From positions 1 to 51,990 of the forward strand of contig JYFJ02002929.1 of NCBI GenBank assembly GCA_000934665.2: a stretch of 51,990 nt of DNA, given 5' to 3'. Shown one piece after another: positions 13,579 through 24,918 of the stretch (its first letter is position 1; the number at the start of each line of letters is the position of its first letter). The translations under genes were made by a program, and so were the position numbers. Origin of the DNA: Catajapyx aquilonaris (lineage: Eukaryota). The notes under the pieces are model-generated. The model did not search any database. It had not been told where the DNA came from and was given only the letters and a program-made list of their open reading frames with translations.

Positions 13579-14575
13579 CTTGGCCACCAAATTCAGGACG
13601 CTGGATGCACTTGGGGCTCCGATGGTGAACAACCTATGACACAAATGCATTCGCTCAGCTCGGGATGTAGCGAGGGTGTAAACAAGGGCCATTCAGGCGG
13701 AAAACAGCCGTTAATGTTAATGAGAAGCGTGATTTTAACGGACACCAATGGCGGTTTTTTTAACGGACGAAAAAAACCGTTAAACGGTTCTAGGGCTTAC
13801 CTAATATCCACAAGTACTGAACGATCCAAAAAAAAATCACCAGTAATCACTGTCCACCAATGCACTGATCTCACACGCGAGTAAGTAACGTACAGTATAA
13901 CAGGAGTAAGTAGTGATCAGCACGAGGCACAGCTCGAGACTGCTGTTGGAGCATGGCCGCCCGACGCTTTTTATCGGCTTCCTGGACCGAAGCCATGCGC
14001 GCACCTCCCATATCTGCTCCTCTTGCCAACGCCTTGCCTTCCCAGTGGAACAATCGACGGGACCACGTGCTGTTTCCTCACACCTGACCTGTTTGTTGTT
14101 ATAATTTAGATTATTAAGGTAAGAGGTGGGGGAGGAATAATGGGGTTGTTCGAATCGCGTTGAGAAACGTGTGCCTATTATGTGCCTGCATAATTAAGTG
14201 TTTCTTGGAAGTGGGCACGTGCCAGGAGAGGAATATGGCTATCGAAATTGTTTAGGGGGAATGGAGATATTGAGGAAGGAAGGATGTGAGTCAGCCTTGG
14301 CCGGAACCAGCCTGTTTTTGGGGCGGAGTGACCATAATTAGGATCTTGGCGAAGTGGTAGCCAGTAATACACAGAAGTAGTCAGTATTATATTTTAAGTT
14401 ATGCTCTTTATTATAGAATTCTGTAACACACAACAGTTAGTCACATGCTAGAAGTCCACAGCCAGAAATATCTGGCGTAGCCTCAGTTAAAATGCAACCA
14501 AATTGAAATCGTCCTGCTTGCCACAAATGTTTTCAATACCTTATGATAAAGTGAAATATGCTGTTCAACCGAAGA

Positions 14576-14699
<124 letters not shown>

Positions 14700-14944
14700 A
14701 CGTGCCACATAAAATTTCATATTAATCCATATTAAATCCATATTAATTATAACCTACTCTAATCACGTGAGCGTGATTAGANCTTTTTCATGTTTACTTC
14801 TATTGTCCCCAACGTCAGTCACGGGACTGGGAGGGGGGGGGGAAAGGGTGATCTGGGGAGAATTGGCGTTCAGGGGGAGGGGTGGGGGGAGGGAGCAGCC
14901 AGGGGGAAGGGGTGGATAGAGTGAACCCGGAACCCGAAAATCGA

Positions 14945-15111
14945 AAAAAGTCTAATAGCACGGCTCTGTCTGTCTGGTCTGGGGGGAATGGGGGCGGTCA
15001 GGGGTAGGGGGTGGTAGGGAAGGGGGCAGCCAGGGGGCTCGACAAAAGTCTTATAGCACGGCTCTGTCTGCCTGATACCTGTCCACAGACAGAGCCGTTC
15101 TATAAGACTTT
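14945..15111. repeat. Direct plus inverted repeat of a ~27-bp unit within G-tract-rich sequence
   Basis: AAAAGTCT(A/T)ATAGCACGGCTCTGTCTG occurs at ~14946 and ~15045. The reverse complement CAGACAGAGCCGTTCTATAAGACTTTT ends at ~15113. Confidence 0.8.
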
Positions 15112-17674
15112 TTTCTTCGAAAAAGTCTAAAAGTATCACAAAAGTGCTCATTTTTTCAGTTTAAATAATGATGAATGAAAGATGAATTCGTTATGAAAGC
15201 TAAAAATATGTAACCAGTAGACTAATTATGGGAGCTTTTATACTGAATGGCAGGAACTTCAGCTTCCAGTCATAAATACGCGATATTCAACCCACTCCAA
15301 TCGTAGTGACATTTGTAATTAATAGCAAGGTCAAGATCTTACGGGCGCATGAGCGATTCCGAATATTTCTGCACATAGGCCTACATGGAATTTCGATCGT
15401 TACACGCCTTCCTGTTTTACGTAAAGCTTTCCCCGTCATCCCACTTCGCTCACAGGGTAATGTGTTTTCGTCTTCGTCCTTGTACAGTACAGAAAGAATG
15501 GAAATTTCTGAAATTTGTCCACCGCCAGGTAACCCGTTACCGTAACAAGGTGAATTATGTACGGTAGTACATTTATACAAGGTGGTACAAAAGATGCACA
15601 CTTCCTGTAGTAGTCTTCTTGACAATTTCTAAGATAAAATTACCATACTTAATCGACTATTACCGGTACGTTTTGAATTATTGTAATTAACACAATTCAA
15701 AACTTAATAAGCGATTATCCCCTCAGTTAAGCCAAAACCGCCAAAATCAACCAGGGTAATTACATCATAGAATAGGCTACTCTTTAAAAAACCTACATCT
15801 GAGAATTATTCACACCTTTTGTCCCACCCTGTATAAAATCAGCTTACGCAAGGTATACGTCTAAAGTCGAATCCCTATAAATAATATCTTTATTTGTTTA
15901 CTTTTGTGGGAGGGTTAAGTGAGTACGTATAGATGTGACATTGGATCTCCTTCAAATCTTTGGCCACTGCACTGTGAAGAAATATGGAACCATATATATC
16001 GTAGTAAAAGAGTTTCGTTACTACAGAGTTTTACTGCTCAAGTGTTATTCACTAAAACGCAGTCAACTCTTTTTACTAGTGAACAACATACTATTAACTT
16101 GTTGTGAAGCAATGCGTACTACACATCTGATTTTTCAACTCAAAAATATACAATATTTTGTTATAGGCTCGCGGAGCTCACTTTTACTCCAGTTATAAGT
16201 ATACCTGATGACTTTACATTTTACAGTGACAATATATTTAAATTTAAACTCATTACGCGTTGTTTAAAAATAAATACGTCATGGTGGATTATTTTGACAG
16301 TAGCAGTACTTAACTATGTCCCGATTATGATCACTCTGATTGCACAACTGCTTCACAGCCTAGGTAAGTTTATGTAACTTCTGCTTGTAGACATGTTTTC
16401 ATGAGGCAGATCGATGTTACATAATTATTCCAATTAATGCACATTTCTTAACTTGTTGCAAAATATATTACAGTATATCTAATCCTCATACAGTGTCTCC
16501 TTTCCTCTCATCCACGTGCAACGCAATTATTGCAAGCCATATAGCTGACGGGTTGCAAATAAGCACGGTTCGTTTAATTAGCAACATCTGACATTGAATC
16601 ATTTTCTGTTTCCCTGAATTATACTAACAGTGGCACGTGCAAGAACTACCTGGATTACTTGTAATGAAATCTGGGCATTGTCGTAATTGCAAGCGCATGC
16701 TGGGGCGCTCCAAACGAAATAACAACCCTTTTCAGTCTGGAAATCCGCCGAGTATTAGTTCATAATTTGAGAGAGGCGGACGGATAATAAAAGCGGGAAA
16801 CGAAGCAAAAACCAGTGATTGGTATGGACACGTGTAGAACTCGGTGATGCCCATGATGGAGGCTAGATTCATTAAAGCCAGCAGAGGACTGCACGTGGAA
16901 TCTAATCTTTCTGCCGAGGGATTCCAGCTTCCCTGGGTGTCTGGTCCATTGGTCTGATTGGTCCAACCTCAGTCAGAAGTGTCTCATGTCACATCCAGGA
17001 AGAAACTTGCAGTTTTTGACCTGCAGGCCCACACGTGCTGGGTATGCGCCTGGATACCAGGCGACCCGCTGTGAGGATTCTTCTGTTGGGTTGCCTGCTC
17101 GCCAGGATCAGCTATTGACCCTCAGGCTATTCCGCACTTCTGGTGACCAACTTTCAAGATCATCAATTTTGAGATAACTAGAGATAACGTAGAATAATAG
17201 TCATACACAATTTGTGCTACTTTGCTAAGATTTTCCGCACTTATCGACACTTTGTCCTTCTTAACTGCCCACTTGTTGCTTCGGAGACAGGCCCAATTTC
17301 CTGGCGACGCTCATCTAAGTCGACAGGTGTAAGTGTCAGGAAGCATCCACATTCCTACCCTTTTCGCCTGGGGTCTTCCAAAATATTTTTTTTCGGGCTC
17401 AGTCTTTTCGACTCCATTTTTGTCCCTTTGGGATGCCAGATTGATTGGGCCCAACTGCGTTGGGCGTGTGGATGTTTTCACTGGTATGGCATTTAACGAG
17501 CTTTCTGGCTTGTCGTAAAGAAGCGGCCAGTGGCAACTAGACCGAAACAAACAAGATCGCTACCGATATACAGACTCAACACTGATGCGTGGTGCGAAGT
17601 GCGAAGTGCGTTCTGTACAAGGAAGTTGTGGTGTAACTTCGCCCACATGAATTTGTCAGGCGTACGATCACAAT

Positions 17675-17771
17675 ACGATTAGGTGGACATGACAATTGGC
17701 GCCCAACGTGGGGCACGACAATTATTGTCGGGCCCCACGTTGGGCGCCAATTGTCATATCCACCTAATCGT
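17675..17771. repeat. 97-bp near-perfect palindrome with two tRNA-Lys primer-binding sites (LTR-retroelement remnant)
   Basis: 48-bp arms around T17723 with 2 mismatches. TGGCGCCCAACGTGGGGC lies at 17697-17714 (+) and 17749-17732 (-), each preceded by TGACA-AT. Confidence 0.85.
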
Positions 17772-20700
17772 GTTTATCTAATCATCATCAACATTACGAC
17801 ATTCATCATGGAAAATGGTTGCCAGAAATGACACCCTCTTTCATTCTTTCCCTACGTGCCACTTAGGCAACAGTGGCATACCTTGGCAATGTGAATCATA
17901 CCTCCCCCTTTTCCACCCCAAAAAATACCCCGTCCTGTCGTGATTGCTCCATTCTAGCCACATAAATCCTTGAGACCCTATGTGACACAAGAACGAAGAG
18001 CGACAGCCACACGTGACAACCTTGTCCCTGGCCCTTGTCCAAAAATTCCCAACCGTGTTGTGGAATTTTCGACTGGAAAAATGGGGGAGGACCGTGAAGA
18101 GACTCGAAACCCTACCATGGTTACCAACTACGCCACAAGATGATTAGATATTACAATTGCGATTCGAAGAATTGAGTTAGTCCATTCCTTGCTTTTGGGC
18201 GCCAAAAAGGGGCAGCTGGTCCTAATTTGGACCAGGCCTGGGGACAAAGGGACATAAAAATTCGCAGCTTGCTTGTAGCTTTGTTTAGAATCGCATGCTG
18301 GGCAGCCTCTCGCGGAAGTGAGGTGGCTAGATATTTTGCCGAGGCTTCGTCTTCGGGGGTCTCATATTGCCGCACCTGTCAGCACCGCCCAGAAGGGAAT
18401 ATCTAGGACGGACCTATGAAAGAAGGGCCTATCTTAGGTGGCAAATTCCTCACGCTCGTCGACTCAACAGCTGAAATGCAGGAGGCGGATGCTGCACTTT
18501 TATGAACGAGGAGGGCGGATATGCAATGCTCTGTCACCACCTACATACTTGTATGGTTCATAGAGCATGAAATGCGCTATTTCGTATGGTCGTAGCCAAA
18601 ACCAGGTTTTTGGCTTAGGAATACGTAAACGTTCCTTCACCCTTTTATTTGCTCATTTTAATTAGTGACCTTAAGACAATGTCTGTTTTTGCAAATATGA
18701 ACCCATTGATTTGCCTTTATAATCAAGTTCATATGTGCAGTCAGCCAGAATGCAATCTGGGGCTCAAAATGATCTGGAGTGCAAATATTAGCCCAGCTTA
18801 ACAGCATTGTTCCAAACAAAGGAAAACCCTCCACCACAACCAGCCACGGGACTTTACTTTCAAGCCTTGTTTCCTTCATTACATCCAATTCAATTGAAGG
18901 GTCAATGACTATAAAGAGGGTGTATTGCACCTTGGCAGAATAAGAAGGCTGTTCATAATTAGTTTTAAATATAGAATGATTGTCGGTTTAGTGGTTTCTG
19001 ATAAGGGTATGTGAGAAAATAGGATATTATGAAGGCCGTTCTTTTCACCCTTTCAACCGCCGACTTTGAATAGCAAGCGGCCTCTTTGTACATACCCACA
19101 TGCTCACTCAGTCTAAAGGTCATCTGAATCTTGGTGTGTGACCATATTAGGTCAGGTTAGTTTCAAGATTCTGCGCACACTCGGCAACCACGGCTCACTT
19201 TTTGGGCGAAAGATGCCAGTGTCTTCCGGCACCGTAGCCACCCCGATCTTAATGACCTCCGGAATGTGTGTGTATGTGTGTGTAGGCAGAAGCTAGTGTG
19301 GGTTCGTCGACCCTGGGAGAGATCCACCTGTTTGGAGCCTGAGGGCGCCAGTCCAAATCGCCCAAAACGAATATGGTTCCCGGTCTGTTTACGCCTGTCC
19401 CTTGCACAAGAAGTGCTGATTGAGGCGCCTCAAGTCAGGAACTACCTATTTTTTTTTTGTAAACCTCTGATTCACACCTCCCAAGGAGATGCATCCGGGC
19501 AAAAAGAGTGTCAGACGGTTTGTCGTGCGCCGAACCAGACAATATAATGACACCATGGGTGTAAACAAGTGACAAGGATAAGGTCAAGGGGGGTTAGATT
19601 GAACCGGATTAGAGGCGATACCCTGGGGGGAGGAATGACCGGAAAATTACACTGGGGGTAAAATGGTTGAACTGCGGTGAGGACGGAGTCGATTTGTGTA
19701 ATGGCCGGAAAGGATTGCTGGGCGTCAAATGTTTATTTGGACGAGGAATCAAGTCTAGTCGTGCGTGGTTACTTGGCTATTCACGGCAAGCTAGGGTGGG
19801 GCGGGGGGGGGGGGGAGTTTCATTCACATGCTGATGATATTTCGAAGAAGCGGGAAGCTGTACTGTACATAGAGGAACACTAACCTACGCGTACAACCAA
19901 TGTTACGACACATCAAATTATTCAACCGAAATTTATTGAAAAATCGACAAATATCGGTTAAAAATATCGATATATTCACATACAAAAATTGATTTCGACC
20001 ACTTTTCGATTTTCAACAAATATCAACGTCTAGACACTATTTAAGATTACATTTTTGATATACTCGTAAACGGCCTACCATATACCCTCATGTTGGAAAA
20101 GATTCACAGAAGCACATTCTATAGGTAACGGATTTCTTAGAGTGAACAGACACGCCCCCACGGGCGAACCAATGGGGTCGCCTGTATGACCGTGCGTCAC
20201 AGTGAGGTTGCCAGGTGAAATACATAAATGTAATTAACATGTGTATTTTAAAAAGGAATTCGACCGATATCAATTATTTGGTTCTGACATAATTTATGAA
20301 CACTAAAGCATTATTTAGAATAGCGTAATAGAAAAATTAAAATCAGCAACCTTGCCACATGGGGACTACTTACAAGGCGAGAGACAAAAGAGCATCGGGA
20401 TCCGTGCCCGCGTAATTTCGAAGCATTGTTCGAATCCAAGGCAACGGTGTTCGAATATCTTCTTTTCACTTCTTTTCGGCGCGCATAAGCACCATCGGAA
20501 TAAGTTGTCCGGCTCTGGCGGAGAGATACCCATGTACATGTTGTCATGGTGCCAAAGTGGTGGGGGAGGGAGGAGAGAAGTTTGCTTGGGGGCGGGGCCA
20601 TGGGCCCAGCAGTTCACTCTAAGAAATCCATTGCCTTTAGCAAGGGCCACATATAAGTTGTCTACCAAAATTTTAAAACTGATCTATAATATTAAAATCC

Positions 20701-20854
20701 CACTCATGTTGTATGGCTATGCCGCACCGTATAGTGTTACCCTAACGCTTACGATTGGTCCCCATTCTGCGCAGGCGCAATGGAGGTGGAAGCAGCGCCT
20801 CTGGTGGGTGGGAGGAGTAACTATCGATTCGTTCGCTGTCTTACGGAGGGTCTA

Positions 20855-20910
20855 CATCGCTCGCTCACCACCCCCGCACCCAGTGAGCGAAGCGAGGGGG
20901 TTTTTCTAGT
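20855..20910 (+). mobile_element. Helitron-like 3' terminus
   Basis: A GC-rich hairpin (TCGCTCGCTCAC...GTGAGCGAAGCGA) is followed about 10 nt later by CTAG|T at 20906-20910. The 5' end was not identified. Confidence 0.55.
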
Positions 20911-23900
20911 GCAAAATATATTTTTGAAAATATCTGTCATATGTTTGGCCACTTGCAGACATGTCTGCTGTAAATATGGAACTCGGCCTCGATAGAGGGC
21001 ATGTAATAGGAGCCCGAACCAAAGTTGAAAATGCACACAGTAACCTACGGGATGATGCATTATTCATATTTTAACTGCGACGGTGAGTGACACCTCCTGC
21101 TTGGACTTGGAAGTGAACCAGGAAAAACATCGCAATTGACATTAGGCACAGTAGTTTAGACGCGGTCCGAATGTCTGACTTTTCGAACATATGCATCTTG
21201 TTTTTTGACCCTCGTGATTTATACGGGGTGTGCTAGGTACTTGTGTGGCCATTACAGAACCCGTTCTGGTCATGCTTCCTGGAAGTTGCCTTAACACCTG
21301 ACCCCAATTGATATTTATAAGCTGGAATTTGCAATACGATATTTTGCATATTGTCGTTTTTGTCATCGTGTCTTCGTCATGTCGTAACAAAATTAATGGG
21401 CGGTACACCAAACGTACTTCTTGGCAGGATTTCTGGACTACCTAAACAGCTACAGAATTTTATTACTTGAAAACGGACATAAATGCTCTCAGGAGACCTC
21501 GCAGGTGAGCTTTTAACCGTGTTGCCATTAGAAAGGGTGTTAATTGAGACCGGGTATTAGTAGTGCATAGTGTATTTTTAATGACGCAGTGTATCGCCAG
21601 AACAATTTTGAACCCTTGAACCCTTCTGAAACGTACCTGGTTCGGATAGACCATATGTCGCCTGATTGATCAACTCATATCATACCTGTCGAGTTAATGA
21701 GGTGTGAACCACGTGAACACTTCATGTTCCGTCACGTGATATTACGCAACATTTGCGAAAAAATATTCGATTCCGCCTTTTTGAATGGGAGCCTGTACTA
21801 ATGATAGTTTGCATAACCAATCCTGATGCAGGTAACAATTACATAAGAAGAGGCGCGGCGTGTTCCGATCCTATTAGGACCCGGTTTGAATCGGGTTCGA
21901 ACCAGTGTAAATGATCTCGTGTTTGGTATTCATCTCTGAGAGCAATAAGGCTAAAAGCAAGTTGTAATGGGATCAGGTGCAATATCCAAATCCGGCTTTA
22001 AGTCCAGTCTGAACTGGACAATTCGGACAGTCCAAGAACGAAAAAAGTACATTAAATATTATTTATTTCTACAGCTATCTGCAAAGGTGATTGTTTACAG
22101 ATTTCCTTATCTTAATGCCACCCTCTACGGAACCCACTTGTTATCTGTTTGGTTGTGGGTGGCTGCCTGACACAACTGAACGGGCTATCACAAAATGTTA
22201 AAATGACAAAAAATGAATTTCCTTTGTTCGGTGTCATATAATGGCCTTCAGTGTCTTCAGGCCAGTGACCACTGACGATCGACATTGTCAGACAAGGTCG
22301 AGATATGTCATTTGGCCAGCTGACGGTGGCGCCAGGTGTTACACCATTTTTACGATTCCGGCGCCGACAGATCGTTTAAGAATCATACTAAGGGAACTCC
22401 GGCTGTGCAAGCGAAATTACGTGGTCTGACGGATTGGCGCGACGTTTGTCCCGAAGATAATGGACAGTTTGAGAGCCAGCGAGCTGGAGTTGAATTATTG
22501 ATGGACAGAAGTGAGGTTCGTGACCGGAGCAAACAACTAGACCAACTGTTGTTGGGTCTCTTCGAATTGATTCTTAAAAATCGTTATTAAGTGTTGGATC
22601 ACAAGGACAAGAAGGTGGTGGTAACTCTCGAGGCTCTTCAAAGAGCTTTAACACTTTTCAAGTGGACAAAGGAGCAGTCAGCACGTGCCTTATTGCAAGT
22701 AGAAAAATCGGAAATGGCAATTTAGGGCTGCTTAGTGTAGATGGAACATTGTGAATGTTCTTGATCTTATATGTGCATAGAACGCCGAAACATTAATGTA
22801 CGTTTAAAAACATGTAATTAGAGTGGGTGTGTTTTAGTATTCGCTAAAACTGATTGATGAAGCACTTCTGGGAAAAATTGATTTCGCGAGATGAAAAGCA
22901 TGCTTTTTTTTTGAAAATTCAGTGGGTGCAAAATTCCATTAGCGAGGTTTTGTGGCAATTTCCACTTACAATCTTTGTGTTCAAACCCCTGCGCTAATGA
23001 CCTGTAGTATTCAGGTTTTGAAAACAGTACCGGTATCTAGTTCAGTGCCCTGTTGACCTCTTTCGCCCAGGACGAAATGTTACCAATCCTTCCAACTGTC
23101 AAAGTCGCAGATATTTTTCAAGCACCTAGATTCGTAGAAATTTCTGACATAACGAGACTGCAATTAGCACCGTTCCACTCTCTACAGACCAAACGTGTGC
23201 ATCTCACTACTACCATCAATCTCTTAGGTCCAAACCAGATGTTTCCTCATCAATCACCAGAATAATTTAGTATCATAAATCTGGAACTGATACATGTCTA
23301 TTTCTACATGTAAATCCCCCCAAAAAATAGTTCAATACAAAGATTAAGCCATGTTCTTGGCTCGTGTCCACAAGAAAAAAAGCCATATCTTGCCATCATC
23401 CTCGACTATTTCGTTGCCTTTCCGGGTTTTAATTTAGGACCAGTACGGACATATGTCGAAATACTTTTTTTTTTTCGTCTCCATAATTTTTAGCTGGTTC
23501 TAATCTGGTCGTCGCTCCACTTCCCAGCAAAGGATCCAATAGAGTGGATAAATAAACAGCCCTGGTCATTGTTCCCATGCCGCTCAGGTGATTTAACCCT
23601 CCTACAGGGTGGCTCATAGCCAAAAAGTCCGACCATGACGTCGCACCACCGTCACCGAAATGCCAACGCCACCCAAATATTGGACCGCATTTATTTGATA
23701 ATTAAGGGTAACTATAAATATACTGGTATGCCTTTTCCGTATATAGAAACAAGTGGTCCTTAATCTCCGTCTATTTTACACTGGTGTCAGAGGCATCGTC
23801 AATCAGGGTCCGCTTCTGAAAGGCTTAACCCAACGCAATTTCTCCATAACGACTGCATTCAGAAAGGTCCAAAAACCCGTTTTCATTACGAGTCTATAAT

Positions 23901-24469
23901 AATCTCGCAATTGGTCGGAAGTAGTGCATTTCGGGTCATTACCATAAGAGAGCTATGCAAATTGCATGTTGGAGGCGGCAAGAATGTGAAAGGGAGAATT
24001 TTTGTGAGGTGACGAGTGACACGCGGTACATCAGGAGGACTATTCAGGCGTGACCTGCACCCTTTAGTTAGAGCCAAGCTTCAATAACAAGCTTCGTTCA
24101 ATCACCCATTCTTTACACTTGGTCCGACAGCCTATCGGCACCTTTCCGGATGTTCGTGACCTCTCAAGGAGTAATGAGTGCAGGTCATGCTCAAGAATGT
24201 GGTGTCTAGGCATTTGTTGACGTTCAGTATAATGACCTCACTCGACACATTAATGTCGAACTCAATATTTGTACCATATGCAGGGTATCATCCGTATCGG
24301 TGGAAGCGCCTGTTGGTACCCCTGAAGGTGTGGAGAGACTGACCATTGCGCATGGAGGGTGCGCGTTCGGTTCTTTTAACCAGGTGGCTCAGGAATACCA
24401 ACATGAGAGAGCACGATATTAAACCGGTACGTGAGTGAGAATATTAACTATGCAAGGTATAACTATGTA

Positions 24470-24596
24470 GGGCAGGTTTCACCAAGACCGGTTTACGATA
24501 AAACCCCGGTTTTTTCGGAAACTCCCTGCAAATATAATAGAGATTTTCTGAAATAACCGGAGTTTTATCATAAACCGGAATTGGTGAAACCGGCCC
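24470..24596. mobile_element. 127-bp MITE, PIF/Harbinger-like TIRs
   Basis: GGGCAGGTTTCACCAA...TTGGTGAAACCGGCCC, with inverted symmetry extending ~50 bp inward (CCGGTTTACGATAAAAC / GTTTTATCATAAACCGG). The right flank is TTA. Confidence 0.75.
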
Positions 24597-24861
24597 TTAT
24601 AATAGGGGATGACCTTGCCGAACCTTTTGTTAGAGCAGGTCGAGGACTTGATTAAATAGGATTGCTGGTGTCAATGGTAGTTGGAAGCCTTACATATGCC
24701 TCATAGAATTCAGGCCCTTTGCACATTGAGGTAGGTGTTTTAAATAAACATAAGTGATGGTTGTGCAACCTTTCAACTGTCAACAGTAGTGCTATAGTAT
24801 AGTACTAGGCACCAACTTGCCAAAATTAGGCAAAAAATTAGGCAAAAGTGCGAATAAAGTG

Positions 24862-24918
24862 GAGAGAGAGAGAGAGAGAGAGAGGGAGGGAGGGAGGAAG
24901 GGAGAGAGGGAGGGAGAA
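24862..24918. repeat. (GA)n/(GGGA)n polypurine microsatellite
   Basis: gagagagagagagagagagagagggagggagggaggaagggagagagggagggaga. Confidence 0.95.

Noticed and set aside
17697..17749. tRNA-Lys gene
   Set aside because: Only the 3' 18 nt including CCA match. Nuclear tRNA genes do not encode CCA and the rest of the cloverleaf is absent.
20352..20909. 185-aa ORF (also 31501-31962, 32556-33035, 35027-35554, 50823-51227)
   Set aside because: No recognisable domain, no supporting splice structure, and mostly non-ATG starts or random-like composition.
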